A stretch of 64,000 nt of DNA from Phoronis australis. Its lineage: Eukaryota; Animalia; Phoronida. A program made the position numbers and the translations under genes. The notes below the pieces were generated by a model. The model was not told the DNA's origin, did no database searches, and was given only the letters and a program-made list of their open reading frames with translations. The stretch is from positions 196,058 to 260,057 of the forward strand of contig NMRA01000386.1 in NCBI GenBank assembly GCA_002633005.1. Reading direction: 5' to 3'. Positions 63,795 to 64,000 of the stretch are shown piece after piece (within the stretch, counting starts at the first letter, position 1; the number at the start of each line of letters is the position of its first letter).

Positions 63795-64000
63795 GCTGGG
63801 ATAGATTAATCTGCATTTCGTTAGCTTTGACCTGGGCCCGGTCTCTAATCTTTGTACTCGAAACGAACTCGAAACTATTTTTGGCAATTTCTCTGCTCCT
63901 TTTGTGCGAACTTAAGATAATTGGTTATCAAACTGTGCTCGAATACATTATAGTTTATGCATAAGACTTTCTAGTTCAAGTTTGCCCTTGAAGACCCTTA

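Overview
AT-rich, intron-containing animal genomic DNA, most likely a marine invertebrate (inferred from gene and repeat content). There is one 367-N gap (3719-4085) and three single Ns. I reconstructed three spliced protein-coding genes by hand, all on the minus strand, with GT-AG junctions in consistent phase. (1) An astacin (M12A) zinc metalloprotease, 7 exons from 13866 to 293, running off the left edge; its zinc-binding exon has an apparent 1-bp deletion near 1053. (2) A membrane-anchored, stand-alone protein resembling bacterial family-3 amino-acid solute-binding proteins, 6 exons from 33504 to 19722; its first exon was not located. (3) A complete 13-exon, 591-aa GH20 beta-hexosaminidase (HEXA/HEXB-like), 62923 to 45221. 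Its active site is altered (HLGGDE->HLGLSE, WGEYVD->WGTFVD) and it has a GPI-signal-like C-terminal extension, so it may be a cell-surface pseudo-glycosidase or lectin. The rest is decayed LINEs (one with RNase H), THAP remnants, several MITE families, a Penelope-like palindrome with a degenerate hammerhead core, tRNA-derived SINE heads, small satellites and a ~1-kb duplication that is probably an assembly artefact. All family assignments come from motif recognition; no database searches were run.
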